From sequence record SRR20825019_1298: 64,000 bases of DNA; one strand, 5' to 3'. Positions 1 through 9,547 of the stretch are shown here, piece after piece (position 1 is the first letter of the stretch; each line of letters begins with the position of its first letter). The position numbers and the translations under genes are program-made. Under the pieces are notes generated by a model. It was not told the DNA's origin, made no database searches, and was given only the letters and a program-made list of their open reading frames with translations.

Positions 1-254
1 GTGGTTTTACCGGAGCTTTCCGGGCCGTATATCTCAATGATACGCCCCTTTGGTAGCCCGCCAATCCCAAGGGCGATATCAAGATTTAGCGAGCCCGTGG
101 AGATCGTCTCGATTTCAATTCCGCTCTCGCGCTGGCCGAGCTTCATGACCGAGCCTTTACCGAAGGCCCTGTCGATTTGGCTCAGAGCCGCTTCGAGTGC
201 TTTAGTCTTATCCATGGATGTTCCCTTTACCAACTGAAGTTCCGGCATTGACAT
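1..254 (-). CDS. recA: Recombinase RecA, 5' part (runs off the window start)
   Basis: Manual minus-strand translation from ATG at 254 gives [40 protein letters not shown]...[34 protein letters not shown], the RecA N-terminus with Walker A. Not in the ORF track. Confidence 0.98.
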   Translation of the reverse strand, partial: MSMPELQLVKGTSMDKTKALEAALSQIDRAFGKGSVMKLGQRESGIEIETISTGSLNLDIALGIGGLPKGRIIEIYGPESSGKT

Positions 255-305
255 GATTGGGTCCCTCTTATTCCACAGGCTGATATCCCTTGCAATGCTC
301 GTTTT

Positions 306-352
306 GTACTCTATTTGTTCCAATTAGGCAAATAGAAATTCACCTTTTGTTC
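306..352 (-). promoter_or_regulatory. Two alphaproteobacterial LexA (SOS) boxes upstream of recA
   Basis: GTAC-N7-GTTC at 306-320 and ATTC-N7-GTTC at 338-352, i.e. GAAC-N7-GTAC and GAAC-N7-GAAT on the recA strand. These match the alpha-type GAAC-N7-GAAC direct-repeat SOS box. Confidence 0.8.
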
Positions 353-397
353 TCATTCAGCAATGATTGGCGGAAAACAGCGGTATTCAGGCCCGTT

Positions 398-2785
398 CTA
401 ACGCAGGATAATTTTCACCTGTTCCGCAAGGTCCTTGAGAGAAAACGGTTTTGGCAGGAAGGAGAACTCTTCATTCGCGAGGTTTTCGCGGAACATGTCT
501 TCCGCATAGCCGGAAACAAAAATCACTGGCAGGTCGGGGAGTTTTTTCCGTGCTTCTTTCACCAGCGTCGGCCCATCCATATTGGGCATGATGACGTCTG
601 AGATCAGCAGATCGATCTTGTCTTCGCCTTCCAGCAGTATTTCAAGCCCTGCCTCACCCGAGGCTGCCTCCAGCACCCGGTATCCCTTATTTGAAAGTGC
701 CCGGCTCGCGAACATGCGCACGGGGTCTTCATCTTCCACAATCAAGATGGTGCCCTTGCCGGTGAGGTCTTTCGCTGACGCTTCCAGTTTCTTGTTCACC
801 CCTGCATCTTCCGCAGCACCCGAATGGGCTTTAAAGAACAGCCTGAAATTGGTGCCAACCCGTTCTTCCGATTCTACAAACACAAAACCGCCGGTTTGCT
901 TGACGATCCCGTAAACAGTCGCGAGCCCAAGGCCTGTGCCCTGCCCCACTTCCTTGGTGGTAAAAAACGGTTCAAATATCTTGGTGAGATTGTCTTTCGG
1001 AATACCGCACCCGCTGTCGATCACCTCCACGAGCACATAATCGTCCGGCACAATCACATCATACTCTTCAACAAGCTTATGGTCTGGCCCTATCATGCTG
1101 GTTTTTATCTCAAGCTTACCGCCGCCCGGCATGGCGTCCCGCGCATTCACAGCCAGGTTGATGATCACCTGCTCGAGCTGGCCCTGATCAACCTTGATCG
1201 GCTGCAAGTCACGGCCGTGCACCACCTTGAGCTCAATATTTTCGCCAATAAGGCGCCGGATTAGGTTGGAAAGCTCCGCCAGCACATCTGTCATCATCAA
1301 AACCTTGGGCCTAAGCGTCTGCTGGCGCGAGAACGCGAGCAACTGGCGTACAAGGTTGGCCGCCCGGTTAGCATTCTGCTTGATCTGGATGATGTCTGAG
1401 AAAGATTGGTCACCGGCGTCGTGGCGCACGAGCAATAGATCACAGAAGCCAATGATGGCCGTCAGCAAGTTATTGAAATCATGCGCAACACCGCCAGCCA
1501 ATTGGCCAACAGCCTGCATCTTCTGCGCCTGTACGAACTGGCGTTCCAGACTTTTTTCCTGGGTGGTATCAATAAGGTATAGAATCACGAAGGTCTCGTC
1601 ATCCTTCGAGACGGGTGAGGAAAAGACCTGACCAACACGTTCCGGCTGCGCACTATAGACCACATCAAGCGGCATGGACGATGGCTTGCCACTGTGCGCG
1701 TTTTCAATAAGCTTCTTCAGTTCATCACGATCGTCAAGCTTCACCAGATCAAACACGCTTTTACCCGCCGCGATGCCCTTACCGGCCGCATGCAGCTTGA
1801 GCGGCCTATTGAATTCGAGTATCGCACCATGTCCATCCACAACAGCAACGGCGATTGGTGCCGCATCGAAGATCGGGTCGACCAATATTTCGCGGCCGTC
1901 TGTGATGCGTCCACGAATATGGTCCAGCTTGCGCATGAAACGGTAACGTCCAATCTGGCGGTCACCTTCCCGTGTTTTGAGCGGTACATCGATAACATCA
2001 ACATCAATGCGCTGTGTTCCCCCCACCAGCAGTTGGCTTTCGCCAGCCTTGATCTGGATTTTGACCGGAAACTGCTCATCGGGCAGCTCCAGCCACTCGC
2101 GCAGAATACTGTTGATATACTGGATTTTCCCGTCTGCACTTTCGAGCAGAACACCGCAACCAAGCCTGTCAAACAGTGGCGCTCCCCATTCGCCAATTTG
2201 CGTGCGTTCATGGTCCAGGCGTTGCTGGTCACCATCACAGGCAATATGCCACATGATATGCCGCCTGATGCGCTTGCCGGTCACCCGCAGGTGGGATTTG
2301 TCCTGCTGCCAGGCATCGAACTCTGCTTCACCATCCCCGTCTCGCGCGACGGCGGACACGAGTGCACACAAGGCTTCATACCCCTCATGCCCCCGAAATA
2401 GGTCCTGTACCGTGCGCAGGTTACCGAACGCGAGACGCTCAAAGGCTGTATTTGTCGCCACGGTTTCACCGCGCAGGTCAGTGATGATCACGGCGCGGCG
2501 CTCAAGCGTCACCAGCGCGTTTACGAGGTCACGGTCAATAACACTGGCATCATGAAGGGGATGGTCGATGGAACCCAGTGCCCGAAGGAGCGTGAGAGCC
2601 GTTGCAATCAGGAGCGCGCCCGCAACAGCTAGTGCAACTGCGCTTCCCCATGTCACCCAGGCCAGACCAGCGATACCTGCCGTGCCAATAACCCCGGCCA
2701 AAGCAACGGTAAGCAGCTTGATGCCTGATTTGGCTTCGCTATCAATCAGCGCGTCCTGAACGGGCTGTGGCAAGCGACTTTCCAT
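398..2785 (-). CDS. cckA: Cell-cycle hybrid histidine kinase CckA (2 TM, PAS-like, HisKA, HATPase, receiver)
   Basis: [25 protein letters not shown]-box, [12 protein letters not shown]-box, GTGLGL G2-box, C-terminal receiver (VEDED...SDVIMP...KPF). Conserved flhB-cckA-recA synteny. Confidence 0.93.
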   Translation of the reverse strand: MESRLPQPVQDALIDSEAKSGIKLLTVALAGVIGTAGIAGLAWVTWGSAVALAVAGALLIATALTLLRALGSIDHPLHDASVIDRDLVNALVTLERRAVIITDLRGETVATNTAFERLAFGNLRTVQDLFRGHEGYEALCALVSAVARDGDGEAEFDAWQQDKSHLRVTGKRIRRHIMWHIACDGDQQRLDHERTQIGEWGAPLFDRLGCGVLLESADGKIQYINSILREWLELPDEQFPVKIQIKAGESQLLVGGTQRIDVDVIDVPLKTREGDRQIGRYRFMRKLDHIRGRITDGREILVDPIFDAAPIAVAVVDGHGAILEFNRPLKLHAAGKGIAAGKSVFDLVKLDDRDELKKLIENAHSGKPSSMPLDVVYSAQPERVGQVFSSPVSKDDETFVILYLIDTTQEKSLERQFVQAQKMQAVGQLAGGVAHDFNNLLTAIIGFCDLLLVRHDAGDQSFSDIIQIKQNANRAANLVRQLLAFSRQQTLRPKVLMMTDVLAELSNLIRRLIGENIELKVVHGRDLQPIKVDQGQLEQVIINLAVNARDAMPGGGKLEIKTSMIGPDHKLVEEYDVIVPDDYVLVEVIDSGCGIPKDNLTKIFEPFFTTKEVGQGTGLGLATVYGIVKQTGGFVFVESEERVGTNFRLFFKAHSGAAEDAGVNKKLEASAKDLTGKGTILIVEDEDPVRMFASRALSNKGYRVLEAASGEAGLEILLEGEDKIDLLISDVIMPNMDGPTLVKEARKKLPDLPVIFVSGYAEDMFRENLANEEFSFLPKPFSLKDLAEQVKIILR

Positions 2786-2850
2786 ATAATCCCCGTCTCC
2801 GAATGGTTTGGGTGAGCTTAGGCCCTAGCAGCAACGCATGACAAGACCCG

Positions 2851-3933
2851 TTATCGCTTCTGCCTTGAAAAGCCAGCATTTTTCAGTTTCATGATGTAAC
2901 TGATAACACCCGCGACCGCTTTATAATGTTCCGGCGGAATTTCTTCATCGATCTCGACGCCCGCATGCAGGGCCCGCGCGAGCGGCGGGTTCTCAATGAT
3001 AGGAACACCGTGTTCTTCTGCCAATTCCCGGATACGCAGTGCGACTGTGTCCATACCCTTTGCCACCAGCTTTGGTACATCCATTGAGCCATGCTTGTAT
3101 TCAAGCGCAACGGCATAGTGGGTCGGGTTGGTAACAACCACATCAGCTGTAGGAATAGCAGCCATCATGCGCTGCATCGCACGCTCACGACGGATCGCCC
3201 TCAGCCTACCCTTAACCTGCGGGTCACCATCTGACTGCTTGTGCTCGTCCTTGACCTCTTGTTTAGTCATGCGTAAGCGCTTGATATACTGATATTTTTG
3301 GTAGGAATAGTCGATCGCTGCCACGATGGTCAGAAACACCAACACACCGATCAACAACCTCACCGCCATGGTGTAGACCACATCCAACATGTCTATGACA
3401 GACAGGTACATCACAGTGTCTATCAATTCTCGCTCAGGCAGGGTTACCATCAGCACAACGGACGATACCGCTATAAGCTTGAGGGACGTCTTGATAAATT
3501 CAATGAAGATGCGCGTGGAGAAAATCTTCTTGGCGCCCTTGAGCGGCGAAAGCTTGCTGAGGTCCGGCTTGAATTTCTCGAAAGTGAACGTCATGCCGTG
3601 CTGGATATAGCTGGCCGAAAGCGCCGTAACGATAAAAATTGCAAACGGTATGGAGATAATCATGAACACTTCGAAAATGAGTGCCGAGATACTCTCCATT
3701 GCGCCAACCTGCTCTGTATCGAGCAGATGCACAGAGGACATGAAGGCCTGAAGCCGCCGAGTGATACTGCTGGCGATAAAGGGAGACAGGCCAACCACCA
3801 CAGCAGTAGCAGCGGCCAGCATAAACCAGGTTTTAAGCTCCTGACTTGAAGCAACCTCACCCTTTTCCTTCGCGTCGCGAAGCTTTTTCGCGGTCGGTTC
3901 TTCGGTTTTCTGGCTTTCGTCTTCGTCGGCCAT
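2851..3933 (-). CDS. flhB: Flagellar export protein FlhB
   Basis: KTEEPTAKKL N-terminus, NPTH autocleavage motif, PLARAL. Confidence 0.97.
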   Translation of the reverse strand: MADEDESQKTEEPTAKKLRDAKEKGEVASSQELKTWFMLAAATAVVVGLSPFIASSITRRLQAFMSSVHLLDTEQVGAMESISALIFEVFMIISIPFAIFIVTALSASYIQHGMTFTFEKFKPDLSKLSPLKGAKKIFSTRIFIEFIKTSLKLIAVSSVVLMVTLPERELIDTVMYLSVIDMLDVVYTMAVRLLIGVLVFLTIVAAIDYSYQKYQYIKRLRMTKQEVKDEHKQSDGDPQVKGRLRAIRRERAMQRMMAAIPTADVVVTNPTHYAVALEYKHGSMDVPKLVAKGMDTVALRIRELAEEHGVPIIENPPLARALHAGVEIDEEIPPEHYKAVAGVISYIMKLKNAGFSRQKR

Positions 3934-3936
3934 TCT

Positions 3937-4695
3937 CTATCCCAAAAACCCGACCAACAGGTCACTGAATTGATCAAGGAACAATTGCATCATGCCCCCA
4001 AGCAGCAACATCATGATGGCAAAGCCCATAAAGATGTTCATCGGCATACCGATAAAGAACACCTGAAAACCTTGCACCATGCGAGATACGAGGCCGAGGG
4101 CTAGGTTGAACAGCATAGCATAAACAATGAAAGGCGACGCCATATGAAAGCCCAGCAGGAAGCTATCCGACACCATACCCACGATAAGCGTTGCATAGTC
4201 AACGTAGGGTAACGCCTCACCAATCGGGAACTTCTGATAGCTGTGCGCCATACCAAGAATCATCAGGTGATGCAGGTCCATCACCACGATCAGTGTTATG
4301 GCCACATAGGTCATGAAGGCAGCAACCAGTGCACTTTGGGAGCCTTGCGCCGGGTCAAACGACTGTGCTGCACCAAGCCCTGTTTGAAACGCAATTACTG
4401 TACCGGCCACATGGGTTGCGGACATGAGTATCCGGGTCGCCAGGCCCATGATAACACCCACCAGCAGCTCTTTGACCATAAGAGCCAAAAGCCCAAACAC
4501 ACTTTGCGGGATAGGAGGAATAAGCTCACGCACATTGTTATATACAATCAATGCAAAGATAAATCCGAAGGTTACCCTGAACCGCCGCGGGATCGAGGTA
4601 TCGCCAAGCACAGGCATGACCATGACAATGGCCGCCATCCGCACAGTAACGAGCAGAAATCCAAAAGCCTCCATCGGTAAAACTTCGGCGAGCAC
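3937..4695 (-). CDS. fliR: Flagellar export protein FliR
   Basis: Hydrophobic 252 aa with AFQTGL and QVFFIGMP motifs; lies between fliQ and flhB. Confidence 0.95.
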   Translation of the reverse strand: MLAEVLPMEAFGFLLVTVRMAAIVMVMPVLGDTSIPRRFRVTFGFIFALIVYNNVRELIPPIPQSVFGLLALMVKELLVGVIMGLATRILMSATHVAGTVIAFQTGLGAAQSFDPAQGSQSALVAAFMTYVAITLIVVMDLHHLMILGMAHSYQKFPIGEALPYVDYATLIVGMVSDSFLLGFHMASPFIVYAMLFNLALGLVSRMVQGFQVFFIGMPMNIFMGFAIMMLLLGGMMQLFLDQFSDLLVGFLG

Positions 4696-4700
4696 GAATT

Positions 4701-4967
4701 TTACCCGCCAGAAATGATGCGTTCAGAGATCCGGAGCATGAAAGCAGAGAGGTTGCGCCCCATATAGGGCATCACGGCCAACAGTGCCGCGAATACCGCG
4801 ATAATTTTGGGTACAAAGGTCAGGGTCATTTCCTGAAGCTGGGTGAGTGTTTGGAAAAACGCGATAGACAGGCCCACAACTAGCCCAACCCCCAGAATGG
4901 GGCCTGCTGTTAGCAAAAGCGTTTGCAGGGCGTCTCGCGCCACTTCAAGTACATCTGGACCAGTCAT
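4701..4967 (-). CDS. fliQ: Flagellar export protein FliQ
   Basis: QTLTQLQEMTLTFVPKI signature. Confidence 0.97.
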   Translation of the reverse strand: MTGPDVLEVARDALQTLLLTAGPILGVGLVVGLSIAFFQTLTQLQEMTLTFVPKIIAVFAALLAVMPYMGRNLSAFMLRISERIISGG

Positions 4968-5000
4968 TCATCCCCCCAAGGGCCGTGCTGAGCGCACAGA

Positions 5001-5324
5001 CTAGATCGGCATTTTCAGGATATCATTATAGGCTGAGATCACTTTGTCACGCACGCTGACAACCGTGTCCACCACCATTTCAGCGTTGGAAACAGCGGTG
5101 ACAACATCAACCATATCTGCCTGATCAACGAGCGATTTGGCGCTGATAGTCTCAGCAGTTTCCGTTGCTTTTTGTACGTTCCCCACGGCTTGGTCAACAA
5201 GCGCACCAAAAGCGGAGTTTGATTGCAAGCCATCGACCCCGTCGCGTGCGCCAAGACCGCCTGGTTGCATCTGCTTGGTGGCCTGGCTATAGGCGTTGAC
5301 AGCATCAAGTTGTTTAATGTTCAT
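5001..5324 (-). CDS. fliE: Flagellar hook-basal body protein FliE
   Basis: C-terminal VSVRDKVISAYNDILKMPI. Confidence 0.95.
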   Translation of the reverse strand: MNIKQLDAVNAYSQATKQMQPGGLGARDGVDGLQSNSAFGALVDQAVGNVQKATETAETISAKSLVDQADMVDVVTAVSNAEMVVDTVVSVRDKVISAYNDILKMPI

Positions 5325-5335
5325 CGTCTATACTC

Positions 5336-5743
5336 CTAACGCAGCAGATCAAGCGTCATGGTTGCCATGCGGCGGGTCGCCTCAAGTGCATTGAGGTTGG
5401 ATTGATAGGTCCGCTGAGCCTGGCGCATGTCCATCATCTCAATCAAACCGTTTACGTTCGAGGTCTTGATATAACCTGCGGCATCTGCCGCCGGGTTGCC
5501 CGGATCATATTTTTTACCAAACTCTTTCTGGTCGTAAGCGACCTCACCCGGTTTCACGAGTGTTACGCCTGACGCGTTATCAAGTTCGGTCTGAAAGGTC
5601 ACGATTTTACGGCGATATGGGTCCGCGCCCGGTTCCATCGCGATGGAGTCCTGGTTCGCGATGTTCTCAGAAATGACCCGCATACGAACAGATTGCGCCC
5701 GCAATCCCGCGGCAGAGGCCATCATTGCTTTCTGAATATCCAT
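5336..5743 (-). CDS. flgC: Flagellar basal-body rod protein FlgC
   Basis: RMRVISENIANQDS, PYRRK, YDPGNPAADAAGY, EMMDMRQAQRTYQSN. ATG at 5743 chosen. Confidence 0.97.
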   Translation of the reverse strand: MDIQKAMMASAAGLRAQSVRMRVISENIANQDSIAMEPGADPYRRKIVTFQTELDNASGVTLVKPGEVAYDQKEFGKKYDPGNPAADAAGYIKTSNVNGLIEMMDMRQAQRTYQSNLNALEATRRMATMTLDLLR

Positions 5744-5784
5744 CAAGTTACCCTTATATCAAGCTAACCTGGTGCAGGCGATTT

Positions 5785-6207
5785 CTATTGCCCGCCACCC
5801 TTGCCGAGAGCTTTCTTCAAAAGCCCGAGATTCTTTTTATAGAGGTTGACGACCATGCCGTATTTCATCTGGTTATCAGCCAGAGACAGCATCTCTTCCT
5901 CAAGCACGACCGAGTTGCCATTTGGCGATTCTTCCCGGCCCCTTGCTTCCATAACCCGCGACTGACCCACTGAACCACCAGATACATCCAGATGCCGCGC
6001 ATTTTTCGCCCGCATCTGCACGCCCGACGCACCGCCGGACGAAAGCTCGTCAACAAGGCCGGAAAAACTCTGTTTCTCCATCTCCTTAGCGCGGTAACCA
6101 GGGGTATCTGCCTGAGATATATTCTCGGTGATTACGGCCTGATTGTCATTCAACCAGTTGAGGCGCTCCTTGAGCGCTGCCATAATCGGGATGTTGGTCA
6201 GATCCAT
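5785..6207 (-). CDS. flgB: Flagellar basal-body rod protein FlgB
   Basis: ENISQADTPGYRAK and PNGNSVVLEEEM. ATG at 6207 preceded by GGAG. Confidence 0.95.
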   Translation of the reverse strand: MDLTNIPIMAALKERLNWLNDNQAVITENISQADTPGYRAKEMEKQSFSGLVDELSSGGASGVQMRAKNARHLDVSGGSVGQSRVMEARGREESPNGNSVVLEEEMLSLADNQMKYGMVVNLYKKNLGLLKKALGKGGGQ

Positions 6208-6372
6208 CGTTTCTCCATTCCTGCCCACAGCGTTTGACTATCTGGGCCGAAGCTAAATTCAGCATAACATGACACGAATCCAGTTAACAAGTTGCAAACA
6301 TGATAAGTTTTCTTCAGCCCCACCCCGTCGCTCTCTCTTGCTTTTTAAGCGCAACTGTCGCTGAATAGTGGC

Positions 6373-6738
6373 ATGAGCAATCAGGATGCAGACAAGGTTC
6401 CCGATACCAAAGCTGTTGCCATCAAGCGCGATAGCGCTGATAGCGCCCCCAATATCGCGGCCAAAGGCCAAGGCTTTCTGGCGGAAAAGATATTGGATAT
6501 CGCTTTTGCCGAGGGTGTTAAGGTCCGGCAGGATAAAGACCTTGTTGAGCTTCTTGACGCCTTTGATATTGACTGCCCGGTACCGCTTGAGGCACTTCAT
6601 GCCGTATCGCTTATTCTGGAACGCGTGTACGCTGAAAACCGCAAAATGGAGGGGGCAGCCTCTTCCGCATCAGCGGGCACGGCCGTTTCAGTTGACCTGC
6701 CAGTTGCAGAGCGCATACCGCCACAAGAAGGTGAATGA
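6373..6738 (+). CDS. Stand-alone FlhB C-terminal-like protein (FlhX / EscU-YscU-HrcU switch family)
   Basis: KAVAIK...AP.IAAKGQGFLAEKILDIA..EGVKVRQDKDLVELL resembles the FlhB-CC fragment. Confidence 0.85.
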   Translation: MSNQDADKVPDTKAVAIKRDSADSAPNIAAKGQGFLAEKILDIAFAEGVKVRQDKDLVELLDAFDIDCPVPLEALHAVSLILERVYAENRKMEGAASSASAGTAVSVDLPVAERIPPQEGE

Positions 6739-7049
6739 TGGAATATTTGGGGGTTTTTTCAGTTCTTTTCCTGATGCTTGGCGCGCTGGGCCTGATGGCC
6801 TGGATGGTGCGACGCTTTGGGCTGCTGCCCGGCACCGTGAAACACACTCCCGGCAATAAGGAACTTGAAATTGTCGCAAGCAAGGTGCTTGACGCCCGCA
6901 ACCGGCTGGTTGTTGTGCGCTGGCGCGGTCGCGACATCCTGTTGGCAGCTGGCCAGAACGGCGTGCGCACCATTGGCGAGGACAAGCCGGATTTTGCAGG
7001 CATGGTAGAGCTTGAAAAAGGCTCGGAGAATGAAGGAACTCAGGCGTGA
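6735..7049 (+). CDS. fliO: Flagellar biosynthesis protein FliO
   Basis: N-terminal TM, then LEIVASKVLDARNRLVVVRW; directly upstream of fliP. Confidence 0.85.
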   Translation: MMEYLGVFSVLFLMLGALGLMAWMVRRFGLLPGTVKHTPGNKELEIVASKVLDARNRLVVVRWRGRDILLAAGQNGVRTIGEDKPDFAGMVELEKGSENEGTQA

Positions 7050-7840
7050 CTAGCTGGAAAATGCATAAAAAGCTGATCACCCGCACCCTCTTGTTTGTAG
7101 CCCCGCTTTGCCTTGCACTTGTGGCCCTGAGCGCCGCACCTGCACTCGCGCAATCAGTGAATATCGACCTCGGCCAGTCAGGCTCCCTCAGCGGGCGGGT
7201 GGTACAGCTTATCCTCCTGATGACTGTGCTGAGCCTTGCCCCCAGCATATTGGTGATGATGACCAGCTTTACCCGTATGGTGATCGTCTTCTCCCTGCTC
7301 AGAAGTGCTATGGGGACGCAGCAGTCACCACCAAACGTGGTGATCGTCTCGCTTGCCCTGTTTCTCACCGGCTATGTCATGGCACCCACCTTCACGGCCG
7401 TCTGGGATCAGGGTATTCAACCGCTGATCAACGAAGAAATCGACGAGATCGAGGCCTATCATCGAGCTTCTGTGCCGATGCGCAACTTCATGCTCTCGCA
7501 GGTCCGTGAAAAAGACCTCGAGCTTTTCATGACCCTCGCGAACGACCCCATTGAGCAAACGCCAGAAACCGTACCACTCACGACCCTCGTGCCTGCCTTC
7601 ATGATCTCCGAGATCAGGCGCGCGTTCGAGATCGGTTTCCTCTTGTACGTGCCTTTTGTGGTGATCGATATGGTTGTCGCGTCCATCCTTATGTCGATGG
7701 GTATGATGATGCTGCCACCGGTGATGATCGCCATGCCGTTCAAGTTGATCTTTTTCGTGCTGGTTGACGGCTGGAACCTTGTTGCGGGCTCACTGGTGCA
7801 AAGCTTTGGGCAGCAACCGCCCCCAGGGGTTGGGGGATAA
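7046..7840 (+). CDS. fliP: Flagellar export protein FliP
   Basis: MMTSFTR, GTQQSPPN, PAFMISE, MGMMMLPP, FVLVDGW motifs. Confidence 0.97.
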   Translation: MTSWKMHKKLITRTLLFVAPLCLALVALSAAPALAQSVNIDLGQSGSLSGRVVQLILLMTVLSLAPSILVMMTSFTRMVIVFSLLRSAMGTQQSPPNVVIVSLALFLTGYVMAPTFTAVWDQGIQPLINEEIDEIEAYHRASVPMRNFMLSQVREKDLELFMTLANDPIEQTPETVPLTTLVPAFMISEIRRAFEIGFLLYVPFVVIDMVVASILMSMGMMMLPPVMIAMPFKLIFFVLVDGWNLVAGSLVQSFGQQPPPGVGG

Positions 7841-7862
7841 AACCAAACCGACGGAGACGTTG

Positions 7863-8900
7863 ATGCGCAAACTGACCATACTTGGTTTTACACTGGTTGG
7901 CTTATCGCTACCGGTTGCAGCGCGTACTGAGGTATCCGTCGATGCTTCCAACGCACAGGCTATTCTTGCTGAGATTTGTTCCGGAACTGAAATTTCCGAA
8001 CAACAGATAAAAAACGATACTCATATCCAGACCATGCTTCGGCATTTCAGCCAGTTCCGAAGCTACTTCACCATGGAAAACTATATTGCTGAACGCCGCA
8101 GCGCGGCGCTGTGCGAGAAGTCTCAGCAGAATTATTTCCGTTTCAATCAACTTGTTGAAGAAAAGGACAAAATCGCGAGTTTCCTCAACGATGTTATGAC
8201 GCAACGCTCGCCGTCCTCCGAGGTAACCGCCATGATCTCGCCATACGCACCGGCCAACCTTTCCTATGAAGGCACGGCAATGCTTATGGTCGGAACACCG
8301 TCCTGTGGTGGCTGGTCTGCTGGCTCAACATTCTATGTCGATCTGCCATGCATTTCTGACGACCCCAAAGGCCTACTTTATCTCATTGCTCACGAAAGCT
8401 ACCACGGTGTGCAAGCCACGTTCATGCAACAAACATTCACACCCAACACACCGGCCGAACTTCTAAATAACGTCTTGCGAGAAGGATCAGCCCTTCACAT
8501 CGCCAGCTTCAGCAAAATTGAAGGTGGCGGGCGCTATACGGAACTGAGCCGTGAGCAGGAAGCAGACAATACGCGCAGACTTGAGCAAAACTTTGAGCTG
8601 CTCGATATGGCTGTCTCATACCTCCAACGGCATCCCGGCGAGCAGGCCTACGGTGCCGCCAACAACATCGGACTTTCAGGCAGCTATGGCGCGCCATTTT
8701 ACAGCGTGGGCGCAAAGATAATTGAAACCGTCAGCACATCAGACAGCCAAGCTGCAGTCGTATGCTATCTGGAGAAAAATCCGCTCGCCTTATATGTCAG
8801 ATATCAGGAAGTTGCTGAATATTCGGATCAGGTGCCACCACTGGGCCGCGCTCTGCAAAACTATCTTGCTTCTGTGCCACAACAACCTGAGTGTCGCTGA
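7863..8900 (+). CDS. Secreted putative Zn-dependent metallopeptidase (HExxH; DUF5700-like)
   Basis: ATG at 7863 after GGAG; signal peptide MRKLTILGFTLVGLSLPVAA; IAHESYH followed by LREGSA (possible third ligand). Confidence 0.6.
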   Translation: MRKLTILGFTLVGLSLPVAARTEVSVDASNAQAILAEICSGTEISEQQIKNDTHIQTMLRHFSQFRSYFTMENYIAERRSAALCEKSQQNYFRFNQLVEEKDKIASFLNDVMTQRSPSSEVTAMISPYAPANLSYEGTAMLMVGTPSCGGWSAGSTFYVDLPCISDDPKGLLYLIAHESYHGVQATFMQQTFTPNTPAELLNNVLREGSALHIASFSKIEGGGRYTELSREQEADNTRRLEQNFELLDMAVSYLQRHPGEQAYGAANNIGLSGSYGAPFYSVGAKIIETVSTSDSQAAVVCYLEKNPLALYVRYQEVAEYSDQVPPLGRALQNYLASVPQQPECR

Positions 8901-8964
8901 AAGTTCTGCTGGAAATTATTAAAATTAGCCAAAGGTAATGATTTAATTAGCTATACTAACTAAA

Positions 8965-9393
8965 TCATTTAACGTCTTCGGGAGCATCGGAAAGGCTTGG
9001 CGGTTCGCCAATCTGCTCCCAAAGCTCGATCTTTGTGCCCTCAGGATCGACGATCCAGGCAAACTTGCCGTATTCAAATTCTTCTATCTCACCGATCTGC
9101 TCCACGCCTGCGCGTTTTAACCTGTCTACCAAGGCTTCAATGCCACGCACACGCAGGTTGATCATATATTCCTTGCCGGACGGGCGAAAATAGTCGGTCT
9201 CGCGTTTGAAAGGCCCCCAGACAAAATAGCCCAGTTTTTCAGGGTCCGCGTCTTCACGAAAAACGAAGCTCGCACCAATACCGTCAAACGGAAAGCCAAG
9301 CTTCTTGCGGTACCAGTCCACCAGCCCTTCCCGGTCACGGCACTTGAAGAAAATACCACCGACCCCCGTGATAACGCCTTCTTTCTCTGACAT
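8965..9393 (-). CDS. VOC/glyoxalase family protein
   Basis: MSEKEGVITGVGGIFFK...MINLRV...YGKFAWIVDPEGTKIELWE. The start is ATG 9393, not the extended ORF start. Confidence 0.85.
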   Translation of the reverse strand: MSEKEGVITGVGGIFFKCRDREGLVDWYRKKLGFPFDGIGASFVFREDADPEKLGYFVWGPFKRETDYFRPSGKEYMINLRVRGIEALVDRLKRAGVEQIGEIEEFEYGKFAWIVDPEGTKIELWEQIGEPPSLSDAPEDVK

Positions 9394-9477
9394 ATACCCT
9401 TCTCCCAACCGCTTCCGTCTGATCAATAAGTTCATGCATATCACACCGGGCGCGCCCTGCCCATGATGGGGACAAGC

Positions 9478-9513
9478 AAAAACGAAGCCCCGACAGACTA
9501 TGCTGACGGGGCT
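9478..9513 (-). terminator. Rho-independent terminator after prfC
   Basis: Minus strand AGCCCCGTCAG-CATAGT-CTGTCGGGGCT followed by TCGTTTTT. Confidence 0.6.
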
Positions 9514-9547
9514 GAATACTGGCTGAAACAGTCGACAATGTGACGGC

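Noticed and set aside
1-237. 78-aa plus-strand ORF
   Set aside because: Antisense shadow of recA.
6281-6300. CtrA box between flgB and the flhX-like gene
   Set aside because: Only one good half-site (TTTG-N7-TTAAC on the minus strand). Plausible by context but too weak to call.
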